Below are positions 15,703 to 25,096 of a stretch of DNA of 64,000 nucleotides, one piece after another (the first letter of the stretch is position 1; every line of letters begins with the position of its first letter). Below the pieces are notes generated by a model that made no database searches, was not told where the DNA came from, and saw nothing but the letters and a program-made list of their open reading frames with translations. The stretch spans positions 93,712 through 157,711 of the forward strand of contig CBDBZX010000010.1 of the NCBI GenBank assembly GCA_965213645.1, given 5' to 3'. The position numbers and the translations under genes were made by a program. The DNA comes from Trueperaceae bacterium. Lineage in GTDB: Bacteria; Deinococcota; Deinococci; Deinococcales; Trueperaceae.

Positions 15703-16739
15703 TCACCACCTTGGTGCTCTTCGCGCTAGCCGCACTTTTCCTCATGGGATTTCTCGCGCCCTTCGAGACGTTTGGCTGGTGGGCGGGCTGGTACGGGGAG
15801 AAGCCGGGCGAGCGAGAGTTACCTGACCCCGACGAGGTCCCGCAAACGGACGCCGCACAGTTTGTCGTGTACTTGACGGGCATCAACGGACTCAACCCGG
15901 AGGAATATACACCGAGTGAAGAGGTCTTTTTGAGAGCACTCCAAGCGCGACTGCCCGATGTTCATCTGGTGGACGACGCCTACCCCTACGCGGCGAGCAA
16001 CCTAGCCTTGACGGGCGAGCGCTTCTTCGGCTGGTTCTGGCGGCGGCTCGGCCATATGAGGGGTAAGGGGGCACTCAGCCTCATCACTTACCTCATCCAC
16101 GTGCGCAACATCTGGCAGGTACTAGTCTCCTCGGACAACCGCTTCGGACCGCTCTACAACTACGCCACCGCGCAGCACGTCCTTATCAAGCTTTTGGAGC
16201 ACGGCTACCCGCTCGGCTCGGGCACGCCCGTCACTTTAATTGGCTACAGCGGCGGCGGGCAGATTTCGGCGGGGGCCGCGCCACTTTTAGAGGAAGCCGT
16301 GCAAGCGCCCGTGCACGTCATCTCGATAGGCGGGGTGATGAGTTCGAACCGCAACATCTTGGACTGCGACGGACTGACCCACCTCTACGGCTCCAAAGAT
16401 ATGGTGCAGCGTCTAGGCTACCTCTTCTTTCCGCAACGCTGGCCCTTCTTGCGTTGGACCGCCTGGAACAAGGCGCGGCGTAGAGGGATCATCCGGCGCG
16501 TTTATACGGGACCGATGGTCCATGTCGGCGTGGGGGATTACATGGACCCGAATATGAAACTGGATACCGGGCAGAGCTATCTCGAGCGGACCTTAGAGAT
16601 CATCACCGAACGCATCGAGGAGTTTAGAGCGGTGCGGGGAACGGGACTGAGCGTGAAGCCAATCGGGGTGAAGGTTTATAGGGACCTTCAGCGTACCGGG
16701 CAGAGTGAAGGTCAGGGTACAGGTCGGGGTACGAGGTGA
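15699..16739 (+). CDS. Membrane-anchored alpha/beta-hydrolase-like protein, unknown specificity
   Basis: GTGA overlap with the upstream gene. N-terminal TM helix. Candidate nucleophile elbow LIGYSGGGQ. Confidence 0.45.
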   Translation: MITTLVLFALAALFLMGFLAPFETFGWWAGWYGEKPGERELPDPDEVPQTDAAQFVVYLTGINGLNPEEYTPSEEVFLRALQARLPDVHLVDDAYPYAASNLALTGERFFGWFWRRLGHMRGKGALSLITYLIHVRNIWQVLVSSDNRFGPLYNYATAQHVLIKLLEHGYPLGSGTPVTLIGYSGGGQISAGAAPLLEEAVQAPVHVISIGGVMSSNRNILDCDGLTHLYGSKDMVQRLGYLFFPQRWPFLRWTAWNKARRRGIIRRVYTGPMVHVGVGDYMDPNMKLDTGQSYLERTLEIITERIEEFRAVRGTGLSVKPIGVKVYRDLQRTGQSEGQGTGRGTR

Positions 16740-17155
16740 AGAGCCTCAACATGATCTGGGGCAACGTCTACTTGCGGGCGTTCTTGCTTGCCACCGCCGC
16801 CGTGCTGCTCGTGTACCTCTTGAACGTCACCCGGCTCGCTTGGCGCAGCTTCCTCATCGCCCAGGGGTATAACCTCTCTACCGAGACGCAATCTACGAAA
16901 CAGCTCGAGTCGTCCTTAGCAGCAGGCATCACCCATATCCGCAGCCACGTTGACATCGAGATGCTTTTAGACCTCGCTACGTATGGAGGTGCTAAGGTCA
17001 TGAAAGATGGGCAGTACGGTTTAGAGGTTGGCAAAAGGGCGGACCTCGTGGTCTTGCCTGGTAACACACCTGCTCAAGCCGTCATCGAACAGCCACCGCG
17101 CACTTTCGTCATCAAAGATGGACAGCTTGTTGCGAAGGGCGGAAAGCTCACATAA
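16736..17155 (+). pseudogene. Amidohydrolase (cytosine-deaminase-like) remnant fused to an N-terminal TM segment
   Basis: 139 aa. GITHIRSHVDI runs directly into a C-terminal amidohydrolase tail ATYGGAKVM...GLEVGKRADLVVLPG...VIKDGQLV. The several-hundred-aa metal-binding barrel expected between them is absent. Confidence 0.5.
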
Positions 17156-17169
17156 ACCAGGGAGGATTT

Positions 17170-18321
17170 ATGAGTCGCACATCTACTATCACAAGAACCA
17201 TCCTTCAAGGAACAGGCGTCCTCGCAGGGGGAGCCCTCGCCGCAGCGGGCGGCTGGTGGCTCTACAGCAGGTTCGGCATTGAGCATAATGCGAACTTGCC
17301 GCCCGCTATAGACGCAGAGCGCAAGGGCTTCACCTCTCGAGCCGCAGGCCGCTTGAGCTATTATCACGACACGAGCGGAAGCGGCACGCCCCTCGTGCTC
17401 CTGCACAGCGTCAACGCCGCTGCCAGTGCTTTCGAGATGAAACCGCTCTTTAAGCACTTTAGAAACGAGCGACCTGTTTACGCCCTCGAGTTACTTGGCT
17501 TCGGCTTCTCGAACCGCGCAAAGAGGGACTTTACACCTGAGCTTTTTACGGAGGCGGTGCTCGAGTTCTTACGTTCTCAAATAGGCGAGCCTGCCGACGT
17601 CGTCGCCCTCTCCCTTAGCAGCGAGTTTGCAGCGCGGGCGGCGCTCGAAGCGCCCGAGTACGTCAACTCTCTCACACTCATCTCGCCCACCGGCTTGGAT
17701 GAGCAGGCTAGAGACGGTGGCAACGAGACATTTTATACCGTCGCCTCAAACCCTCTTTGGGCGCGGGCGTTCTACGACCTCATCGCCACACCCGCCAGCA
17801 TCCGCTACTTCTTGCAGGGGAGCTTCGTCGGTGAGGTGCCAGAAGATTTAGAGCGTTACAGCTACCTCAGTGCGCATCAGCCGGGTGCGGAGCACGTACC
17901 CTTACGCTTTATCAGCGGCAAGCTGTTCACCCCGCAGGTGCGGGAGCGCGTGTACGAACACTTGAGCGTGCCGTCTCTTGTGGTCTTTGACCAGGACGCT
18001 TTTGTGAGCTTCGAAGCGCTGCCGCTACTGCTCAATGCCAATTCAAACATACGAGCGGTGAGGCTTACCCCGTCGCGCGGACTGCCGCAGCTCGAGGCTC
18101 CAGAACGCACCGCAGAGGTATTGAGTGAGTTTTGGCGAGGTTTAGCAGAGCCTTCCTCGAGCCAAAAGTCTGTACGCACGGTCCACAGCGGCTTGGCTCA
18201 TAAGCGTGGCGAACGGGAAATACCTAAAGACAGAGGGTTTGACGATTCGCTTACACTCCTAAATGGGGGCTACACCTTTATCTCCAAACGCTGCGACGAC
18301 CTCCAAATGGACGTGTTCTAA
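17170..18321 (+). CDS. Alpha/beta-fold hydrolase whose reading frame continues without a stop into the N-terminus of a CYP152 P450
   Basis: PLVLLHSVNAAAS, ALSLSSEFAA and a typical C-terminal ...PQLEAPERTAEVLSEFW. Then a linker and the P450 N-terminal motif IPKDRGFDDSLTLLNGGYTFISKR before the TAA at 18319-18321. Confidence 0.7.
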   Translation: MSRTSTITRTILQGTGVLAGGALAAAGGWWLYSRFGIEHNANLPPAIDAERKGFTSRAAGRLSYYHDTSGSGTPLVLLHSVNAAASAFEMKPLFKHFRNERPVYALELLGFGFSNRAKRDFTPELFTEAVLEFLRSQIGEPADVVALSLSSEFAARAALEAPEYVNSLTLISPTGLDEQARDGGNETFYTVASNPLWARAFYDLIATPASIRYFLQGSFVGEVPEDLERYSYLSAHQPGAEHVPLRFISGKLFTPQVRERVYEHLSVPSLVVFDQDAFVSFEALPLLLNANSNIRAVRLTPSRGLPQLEAPERTAEVLSEFWRGLAEPSSSQKSVRTVHSGLAHKRGEREIPKDRGFDDSLTLLNGGYTFISKRCDDLQMDVF

Positions 18322-19473
18322 ACCCGGTTGCTCCTACAAAAAACCATCTGTATGCGCGGACGGGACACTGCCGAGCTGTTCTATGACCGGGAGCGCTTCG
18401 TGCGCTCGGGGGCAGCACCTAAGCGACTGACTCTGACCCTCTTCGGTAAGGGCGGCGTCCAGGGGCTTGACGGCGAGGCGCACATACGCCGCAAAGCGAT
18501 GTTCATGGCCCTCATGTCTAAAGGCGAGCTTCAGCGCATGGCGGATTTGACCGCTGAGCAGTGGCGTGTTTATGCCCAAAGGTGGGCGGGCGCAGGGCAG
18601 GTCGTCCTCTTTGACGAGACGATGGAACTGCTTTTCCGGGCAGCGTGCGAGTGGGCAGGCGTGCCGCTTAGCGAGGACGAGGTAGCGCGGCGCACCCGCG
18701 AGATGGCGGACCTCATCTCCTCGGCGACGGCTATCGGGCCGCACTATTTAGCAGGACGGCTCGCCCGGCACGACGCCGAGCACTGGGCAGGTGGACTGAT
18801 TCAAGAGGTGCGGCGTGGAACGCTGATACCACCTTCAGGAACGGCGCTCGAGCAAATTGCGCTCTTTCGAGATGGAGACGGCAACTTCTTGAGTGAACAC
18901 ACCGCCGCCGCCGAACTCCTCAATGTGGTCCGCCCGGTAGTGGCGGTGTCTCGCTATTTGGTCTTTTGCGCCCACGCTTTACACGAACACCCCGAGTGGC
19001 GCGAGAGGTTGCGTGAAGACGAGCGCGACGTGGAACCCTTCGTACAAGAGGTGCGGCGCTTCTACCCATTCTTCCCCTTCGTCGCTGCCCGCGTGAAAGA
19101 AACCTTTTACTGGCGCGGTTTCCGCTTCGAGAAGGGAACACGCACCCTCTTAGACCTCTACGGGACGAACCACGACGTCAGGTTGTGGGAGGAGCCCGAA
19201 GCGTTTGAGCCCGAACGCTTCCGCAACTGGCAGGGCGACCCCTATACGCTCATCCCGCAAGGGGGCGGCGACCACTATTTGAATCATCGCTGCGCCGGTG
19301 AATGGCTCACCATCGAGGTGATGAAAGAGGCGGTCAAGGCGCTGACCCGCGCCATCACCTACGACGTGCCGAAGCAAGACCTGACGCTCGAGCTTTCAAA
19401 GATGCCCGCTCTGCCAGAGAGCCGCTTTGTCATCAATCATGTGCGGTTGACGTCGACTCACGCAGCTCGCTGA
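18193..19473 (+). pseudogene. CYP152-family fatty-acid peroxygenase P450 (P450BS-beta/OleT-like) interrupted by an in-frame TAA at 18319-18321
   Basis: ORFs 17170-18321 and 18328-19473 are in the same frame. DSLTLL...F*TRLLL..., NVVRPVVAVS (Arg-Pro hallmark), HRCAGEWLTIEVMK heme loop. Candidate independent start TTG at 18193. Confidence 0.7.
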
Positions 19474-19623
19474 GCAGAACGCTGTAGGGATAGCGATGAT
19501 GACAACTGCCTTACCGACCTCTTTCGGTGAAATACTGTGAACGATCTCAACCTCACACTTTTTGCCGTCGGCCTCCTGACACTTGGACGCCGGGTCGAGT
19601 TACGTATAAGTTCCGTGCTGAGT

Positions 19624-19699
19624 TATATAGCAGGTATACCCCTAGAGGCGGGGTACTATATAGCGTTTCCACGTTTCATTGCTACAGCAATGAAACGTG
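19624..19699. terminator. Two adjacent hairpins between the convergent P450 and ABC permease genes (candidate bidirectional terminator)
   Basis: Imperfect tatatag...ctatata hairpin (19624-19662) and a perfect 13-bp stem cacgtttcattgc / gcaatgaaacgtg (19670-19699). Confidence 0.5.
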
Positions 19700-19795
19700 C
19701 GAGCGGATGCGAGAAGAAATAGACACAGTCAGTTGGTGCAGCGAAGCGTGGAAGTGCTAATAGTCGTACTGCTCGAGGAGTGTAGCGCACTCCGG

Positions 19796-20674
19796 TTACC
19801 CCTTCCCGCCGCTCACCGCCATCGCCTGCCGCACTCGGTCGCTGAACACGAGGTAGAGCAGGATAGTTGGCAGCGCTGTCAGCAGCGTGCCCGCTGCCAG
19901 CGGGCCGTACTGGGTCACATACGTTCCCTGAAAGGCGACCAGCGCACGCGGCAGCGTGTAGGTCGCCGGGTCGTTCAGGAAGACCAGCGCAAAGAGGTAC
20001 TCGTTCCAGATAAAGATGGTCTGCAAGATGACGACGGTGTAGAGCGCGGGCCGCGCCAGCGGCAGGATCACCTGAAAAAAGGTGCGCCAGGGCGAGAGCC
20101 CGTCCACGCGCGCGGCGTCCTCCAAAGAGCGCGGCAAGGAGAGGTAGTACGAGCGCATCAAAAAGATGGAGATGGGCAGTCCGAAGGCGACGTTCGGGAA
20201 GATGAGCGCCCAAGGCGTGTTGTATAACCCTAAGTTCCGCAAGAGCTTGAGAAGCGGCACGATGGCGGTGATGGGCGCTAAAAACGTGCCTGACAGGAAG
20301 AGGTAGTAGAAGAGAGGTCGCCCTAGAAACGAGGCTCGAGCCAGCGGATAGGCCGCCATCGCGCTACCTAACGCGACGATGACAACTGCAACCACGGTGA
20401 CGAAGAGCGAGTTCCAGAAGGCCAGCCCTAAACCGCCCTGTGTCCACGCCTGCGCGAAGTTGCCCCACGCAGGCGAAGCGGGCAGCGCCAAGGGGTCGGC
20501 GTAGATTTGGTCGTCCGTCTTGAGCGCGGTGATTGCTATCCAGGCAAGTGGAAATAAGATGACGAAGGCGTAGATCAGGAGCGAAACGCGCAATATCCAG
20601 TAGCCCGGCCCGCGCCGCCGCGCCGTCTTGTCGGCCCTCTCGCCGCGCTGCGTCCGTTTATAGACCCGCGCCAC
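19796..20674 (-). CDS. Carbohydrate ABC transporter permease (MalG-like)
   Basis: 292 aa, 6 TM helices, EAA-like loop SLEDAARVDGLSPWRTF. Confidence 0.85.
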   Translation of the reverse strand: MARVYKRTQRGERADKTARRRGPGYWILRVSLLIYAFVILFPLAWIAITALKTDDQIYADPLALPASPAWGNFAQAWTQGGLGLAFWNSLFVTVVAVVIVALGSAMAAYPLARASFLGRPLFYYLFLSGTFLAPITAIVPLLKLLRNLGLYNTPWALIFPNVAFGLPISIFLMRSYYLSLPRSLEDAARVDGLSPWRTFFQVILPLARPALYTVVILQTIFIWNEYLFALVFLNDPATYTLPRALVAFQGTYVTQYGPLAAGTLLTALPTILLYLVFSDRVRQAMAVSGGKG

Positions 20675-21571
20675 CTACGCTCGCCTCGCCCGCGTCACGC
20701 GGAGCTGCACCAGTACGAGCGAGAGCGCGGCTAGAAACACGACGACGGCTTGCGAGGCGGCGTAGCCCGACTGCAAGCGGCGGAAGGCCGACTTGTAGAT
20801 GATCGTCGGGGCGACCTCCGTGGCGCTCGCGGGGCCGCCGCCCGTCATGATCCACACGAGGTCGAACGCCTTAAAGGAGCCCGTGATAGCGAGGATCAGG
20901 GCGACCACGATGACCTCGCGTAAAAGGGGTACGGAGATTTGTAGGGCGGTCTGCGTAGGCGAGAGCCCGTCCACCTTGGCGGCGTCGTAGAGGTTGCGGG
21001 GGATGGCCTTGAGCCCCGCGATGAAGAGCACCATGTAGAGCCCGATGTAGACCCAGTTGGTGACGAGCAAAATGGTTGGAAAAGCGGTCTGTGGCTCGGC
21101 GAGCCAAGCGCGAGCCCAAGCCTCGAGTCCGACCGCCTCGAGCGCCCAGTTCACCGCGCCGAAGGACGGGTCTAGGAGCCAGGTCCAGATGAGCGCGGTG
21201 GCTGCTAAAGAGATGACGATGGGCAGGAAGATGATAGCCGAGAGCACCCGGTTGGTGCGGGTGGGGCGCTCGAGCGCCAGCGCCAGTCCGATGGCTATGG
21301 GTATCTGCACGAACACCGACACGGCGGCGATGAGCGCGGTGTTGCGGAGCGAGAACAGGAAGAGGTCGTCCTGTAAGAGCGCCCGGTAGTTGGACAGGCC
21401 GATAAAGGTCTTCTGCGGCGAGATGCCGCTCCAGTTGTAGAACGACAGGTAGAAAATCTCCAAGTTCGGCCAGATGTAGAAGAGCACGAAGACCGTTAAG
21501 GCGGGCAGCAGGAGGCCGTAGGCCCACAGGTTGGGGCGTCGTTGAGCGCGGGGCGTCATCCGCGCCGCCAC
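20675..21571 (-). CDS. Carbohydrate ABC transporter permease (MalF-like)
   Basis: 298 aa, EAA-like loop LYDAAKVDGLSPTQT. Abuts the downstream permease gene. Confidence 0.85.
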   Translation of the reverse strand: MAARMTPRAQRRPNLWAYGLLLPALTVFVLFYIWPNLEIFYLSFYNWSGISPQKTFIGLSNYRALLQDDLFLFSLRNTALIAAVSVFVQIPIAIGLALALERPTRTNRVLSAIIFLPIVISLAATALIWTWLLDPSFGAVNWALEAVGLEAWARAWLAEPQTAFPTILLVTNWVYIGLYMVLFIAGLKAIPRNLYDAAKVDGLSPTQTALQISVPLLREVIVVALILAITGSFKAFDLVWIMTGGGPASATEVAPTIIYKSAFRRLQSGYAASQAVVVFLAALSLVLVQLRVTRARRA

Positions 21572-21586
21572 TTGTCAAATTCGGAG

Positions 21587-22867
21587 TTAGGGCAGTTCAC
21601 CCGCCGCCTCCAACTGCTCCGCGACGGTCTCGTGGCGTGTGGCGACCTCTTCGGGCGACATGCGCTCGGCGAAAAGTTGCCCCATCAGCTCGATGTGCTC
21701 GGTGGCGAGCTGCGGCGGCGAGCCCTGGTCGTAGGCGATTTGGAGGTAAGGAGCCTCGTTAATCTGCGTGAGTAGGTCGGTCACGACGGGGTCGTAGGTC
21801 CCTTCGGGCAAGTCGACGTCAAAGGCGGTCAAGCGCCCTGTCGCTTCGACGTAGCCGCGCACATTCTCGGGCTGGGCCAAAAAGCGCACCAGCTCGAGTG
21901 CGGCTTCCTTCTGCTCGGACGCTTCGGACATGCAGTAGAAGGTCTGCGTCGCGCCGACCATCGTGCCGGGGTCGCCTTCGCCGTCCGGGAGGGTCGGAAA
22001 GTTGATGAAGGCGAGGTTGAAGTCGGGGGCGAGTTCGCGCAGGCCGCCGACCATCCACGAGCCCATCAAATACATTGCCGCCTCGCCCGTGAAGAAGGGC
22101 CGCTGCCCCGCGTCGTAGTCCGCGCCCAAAAAGCCGCGCTGAAAGGCGTCCATCTCGACCAAATCTTGGGCGTACTCCCCAGCCTGCACAAAGGCGGGCG
22201 CGGTGAAGGTGCCCCCTCTACTAAGGGCCTCCGCGTAGGCATTCGAGCCGCCGAAGCGGTCCACGAGGTACATGTAGTAAAAGGAGAGCTGCCAGTTGCC
22301 CTGTCCGCCTACGGCGAGGGGCTGGATGTCGGCTTCTTCGAAAGCCTCTATAGCGCTTGTGAACTCCTCCCAGGTCCAGGTCTCGCCCTGCATGGGGTCG
22401 GGAACTTCCAGGCCGACCTGCTCGAAGAGGTCCGCGTTCACGAACATCGGCGCGGCGAAGACCTCGTAGGGGAGGCAGTAGGGTGTCTCGTCAAAGGTCG
22501 CTGCCGAGAGCACGCCCTCGCCGATGAGCCCCTCTTGCTGGAGCCCTTCCAAGAGGTCGCTCATGTCGTAGACGACGTTCTCGCTCACGAACGAACTCAG
22601 AACGCCGCCGCCCCAGGAGTGCCACAGGTCGGGGGGTGCGCCCGCCGCGAGCGCCGCTTGGATGGCGACCTTGAGGTCATCGCCGGAGTAATCCACGCGC
22701 TCAACGCTGATGTCCGGGTGCTCTGCCTCGAACGCCTCGATAAGGGCGTCGCCCCAAACCTTGGTGTCCTCCTCGGCGCTCCAAGTGGTCCACCAAGTTA
22801 CTGTGGTCTGGGCAAACGACAGGCTGACGAAGAGGGCGAGAAGAAGAACGGAAAGAAGACGGGTCAT
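21587..22867 (-). CDS. Extracellular sugar-binding protein of an ABC transporter
   Basis: 426 aa, signal peptide, family-1 solute-binding-protein-like sequence. Confidence 0.8.
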   Translation of the reverse strand: MTRLLSVLLLALFVSLSFAQTTVTWWTTWSAEEDTKVWGDALIEAFEAEHPDISVERVDYSGDDLKVAIQAALAAGAPPDLWHSWGGGVLSSFVSENVVYDMSDLLEGLQQEGLIGEGVLSAATFDETPYCLPYEVFAAPMFVNADLFEQVGLEVPDPMQGETWTWEEFTSAIEAFEEADIQPLAVGGQGNWQLSFYYMYLVDRFGGSNAYAEALSRGGTFTAPAFVQAGEYAQDLVEMDAFQRGFLGADYDAGQRPFFTGEAAMYLMGSWMVGGLRELAPDFNLAFINFPTLPDGEGDPGTMVGATQTFYCMSEASEQKEAALELVRFLAQPENVRGYVEATGRLTAFDVDLPEGTYDPVVTDLLTQINEAPYLQIAYDQGSPPQLATEHIELMGQLFAERMSPEEVATRHETVAEQLEAAGELP

Positions 22868-22868
22868 G

Positions 22869-23919
22869 CTAAACCTCCTGATAGGAATGAACGCGGGGTT
22901 GAGAGGGGGACTCGAGCGTGTGCCCCGTCTCGCGGTCGAAGCGGACGCGGTGGGCCTCGGGCAGCTCTAAAGCGTGTGTCTCGCCGACCCTGGGCAGCTC
23001 GCGCGGGTCGGTCTGGACGGTGACGACCTGGTCGTTCGGCAGGGTCAACTCGGCGAAGCCGACGCCGCCCGCGTCCTCGACGAAGGAGACGCGACCTTTG
23101 AGCATGTCGGGCGCTCCTTCGTGTGTGAGCCGCACGTACTCGGGGCGGACGCCCACCAACTCGTCCGCACTCGGAACCGACCAACTCGCCGTCCACGAGG
23201 TTCATCGGCGGGTTGCCGACGAAGCGGGCGACGAAGAGGGTGGCGGGGTGGTCGTAGACCTCTCGAGGCGTGCCGCGCTGCACCACGCGGCCCCGCTGCA
23301 TCACCACGATTTGGTCGGCCATGACCATCGCCTCGGCCTGGTCGTGGGTGACGTAGACGGCGGTCACGCCCAAGGTCTCCTGGAGCTTCTTGAGTTCGGC
23401 CCTCATGCTGGCGCGCAAGACCGCGTCGAGATTGCTGAGGGGTTCATCCATCAGGAAGAGTTGCGGCTCGCGAACGATGGCGCGGCCCAGCGCTACGCGT
23501 TGCTGCTGCCCGCCCGAGAGTTGACCGGGGCGCTTGTCCAGGTGCTCGGTGATGCCCAGCCGCTCCGCCACCTCGCGCACGCGCCTATCCGCGTCGGCTT
23601 TGCTCACGCCGCTCACCCGCAGGTTCAAGCCGATGTTGCGGTGGACGCTCATGTGGGGATACAGGGCGTAGTCCTGAAAGGCCATCGCCACGTTGCGGGC
23701 TTTGGGCTCCGCCGCCGTCACGTCCTGGTCGCCAAAGAAGACCCGGCCCGAGGTGGGCGTCTCGAGCCCCGCCAAGATGCGCAGCGTGGTGGTTTTGCCG
23801 CAACCCGATGGACCCAGGAGCACGGTGAACTGCCCGTGGGGGAACTCCAGGTCGAGGGGCTGCAAAGCGACCTCTTGCCCGAAGTGCTTGGAGACCCCCT
23901 CGAGGCGAATCGCGCTCAT
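22869..23919 (-). pseudogene. Sugar ABC transporter ATP-binding protein (MalK/UgpC-like) with one frameshift near 23165-23176
   Basis: Walker A GPSGCGKTT, LSGGQQQRV and Walker B LFLMDEP are in the 23919 frame up to ...NLVDGELVGSE. The TOBE-like C-terminus LVGVRPEYVRLTHEG... continues in another frame (ORF 22869-23159). The span is 1051 nt, not a multiple of 3. Confidence 0.75.
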
Positions 23920-24179
23920 CCGTTACCTCGAGCTAGAACGAACTGAATTCTTGATGCCGACAATGCCAACCGACAACCCCCTAACGCCCCGTCATCCCGC
24001 CTACAAGATGTTGTTTACAGGTGAAGTTTACCACATAAGATAGGCAGGAGTGCACCCTGACCCCCTAAAAGGTCGACCTGGTTTGTACTCGGTGCTACAC
24101 TATTCGTAACGAGACAGGAACCCGTGATGAGGTTTATGTCGCGCGGAGTCTTCTACTTGCGGGGGGGTGAGGGAGCGTT

Positions 24180-24965
24180 ATGTCTGACTATCTCAAGAGC
24201 CTCACCTGCCACCCCGTCAAGTCGGCGTCCGGTGTCCCCTTGCAAAGTGCCGACCTCACTAGACGTGGCCTGCGCTTCGACCGGAACTGGGCGATTATAG
24301 ACCCGAGCGGCGAGGTCGTCACGCAGCGCCAGTGCCCAAGGTTGGCGGCCCTGGAGGTCAGCTTGAACGGGTCGCTGGGTCTGCGGCTGGGGGGAGAGAG
24401 GCTCGAGCTGCCTCTGGAGATGTGCGGCCCGGAGGTTCCAGTTACGGTGTTCGGCCAGCCCTGCCCCGCCGTCCAGGTTGACGACGGCGGCTGGCTGGCT
24501 GAAGTGTTCGGCGCACCCTACCGGCTCGTTGGGATGCCTGAGGGGACGGCGCGCCCCAAGCTGCTCCCCTCAGGCGCGGCTTCGAATGTTTCGCTCGCCC
24601 TCACCGACGGCAACCCGCTGCACCTCATCACCACGGCGTCCTTGGCGCACCTCAACCAGCACCTCTCGGTTCCCGTCGGGGCGGAGCGCTTTCGACCTAA
24701 CTTGGTCGTCGAGGGTGACGTGCCCTACGCAGAGGATGGCTGGCGCACGCTCAAGCTCGGTGAGGTCGTCCTGGACGTGTTAGAGCCCTGCGTGCGCTGC
24801 ATGATCGTCAACCTGGACCAGCGCTCAGGCGCGTACAGCAAGGAGACGCTGGGGACGCTCGCCCGGTTGCGACGCTCGTCCGCTGGCGTCACCTTCGGCG
24901 TCCACCTCGCGCCGCGTGCGCCGGGTACGGTGCGGGTAGGGGACAGGCTCGAGGTGCTCGCCTAG
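24180..24965 (+). CDS. MOSC domain protein (N-terminal beta-barrel + MOSC)
   Basis: 261 aa. Conserved Cys context EPCVRCMIVNLDQ. Confidence 0.75.
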   Translation: MSDYLKSLTCHPVKSASGVPLQSADLTRRGLRFDRNWAIIDPSGEVVTQRQCPRLAALEVSLNGSLGLRLGGERLELPLEMCGPEVPVTVFGQPCPAVQVDDGGWLAEVFGAPYRLVGMPEGTARPKLLPSGAASNVSLALTDGNPLHLITTASLAHLNQHLSVPVGAERFRPNLVVEGDVPYAEDGWRTLKLGEVVLDVLEPCVRCMIVNLDQRSGAYSKETLGTLARLRRSSAGVTFGVHLAPRAPGTVRVGDRLEVLA

Positions 24966-25096
24966 AGGTCCGAGATTCCGTGTGGACACCCAACCACGGT
25001 GATTTTCATGCTGCCAGCGTTTGTATAGGTTGAGACGTTTTCAACTTTTTTAGGGCGTTTGGCTGGTTACCGATCAATACATTCACGCGCCGCACT

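Noticed and set aside
19527-19760. 77- and 61-aa plus-strand ORFs between the P450 and permease genes
   Set aside because: They span the two terminator-like hairpins, overlap each other in different frames, and show no motifs.
19656-21578. ORFs 19656-20213 (-), 19697-20227 (+) and 20871-21578 (-) overlapping the two permease genes
   Set aside because: These are out-of-frame or antisense overlaps of clear MalF/MalG-like permease genes, with low-complexity R/P/G-rich translations.
22166-23946. Long plus-strand ORFs (285 aa at 22166-23023, 342 aa at 22918-23946) opposite the ABC transporter genes
   Set aside because: They are Arg/Gly/Ala-rich shadow ORFs on the antisense strand of well-supported genes, which is typical of high-GC DNA. 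They contain no recognisable motifs.
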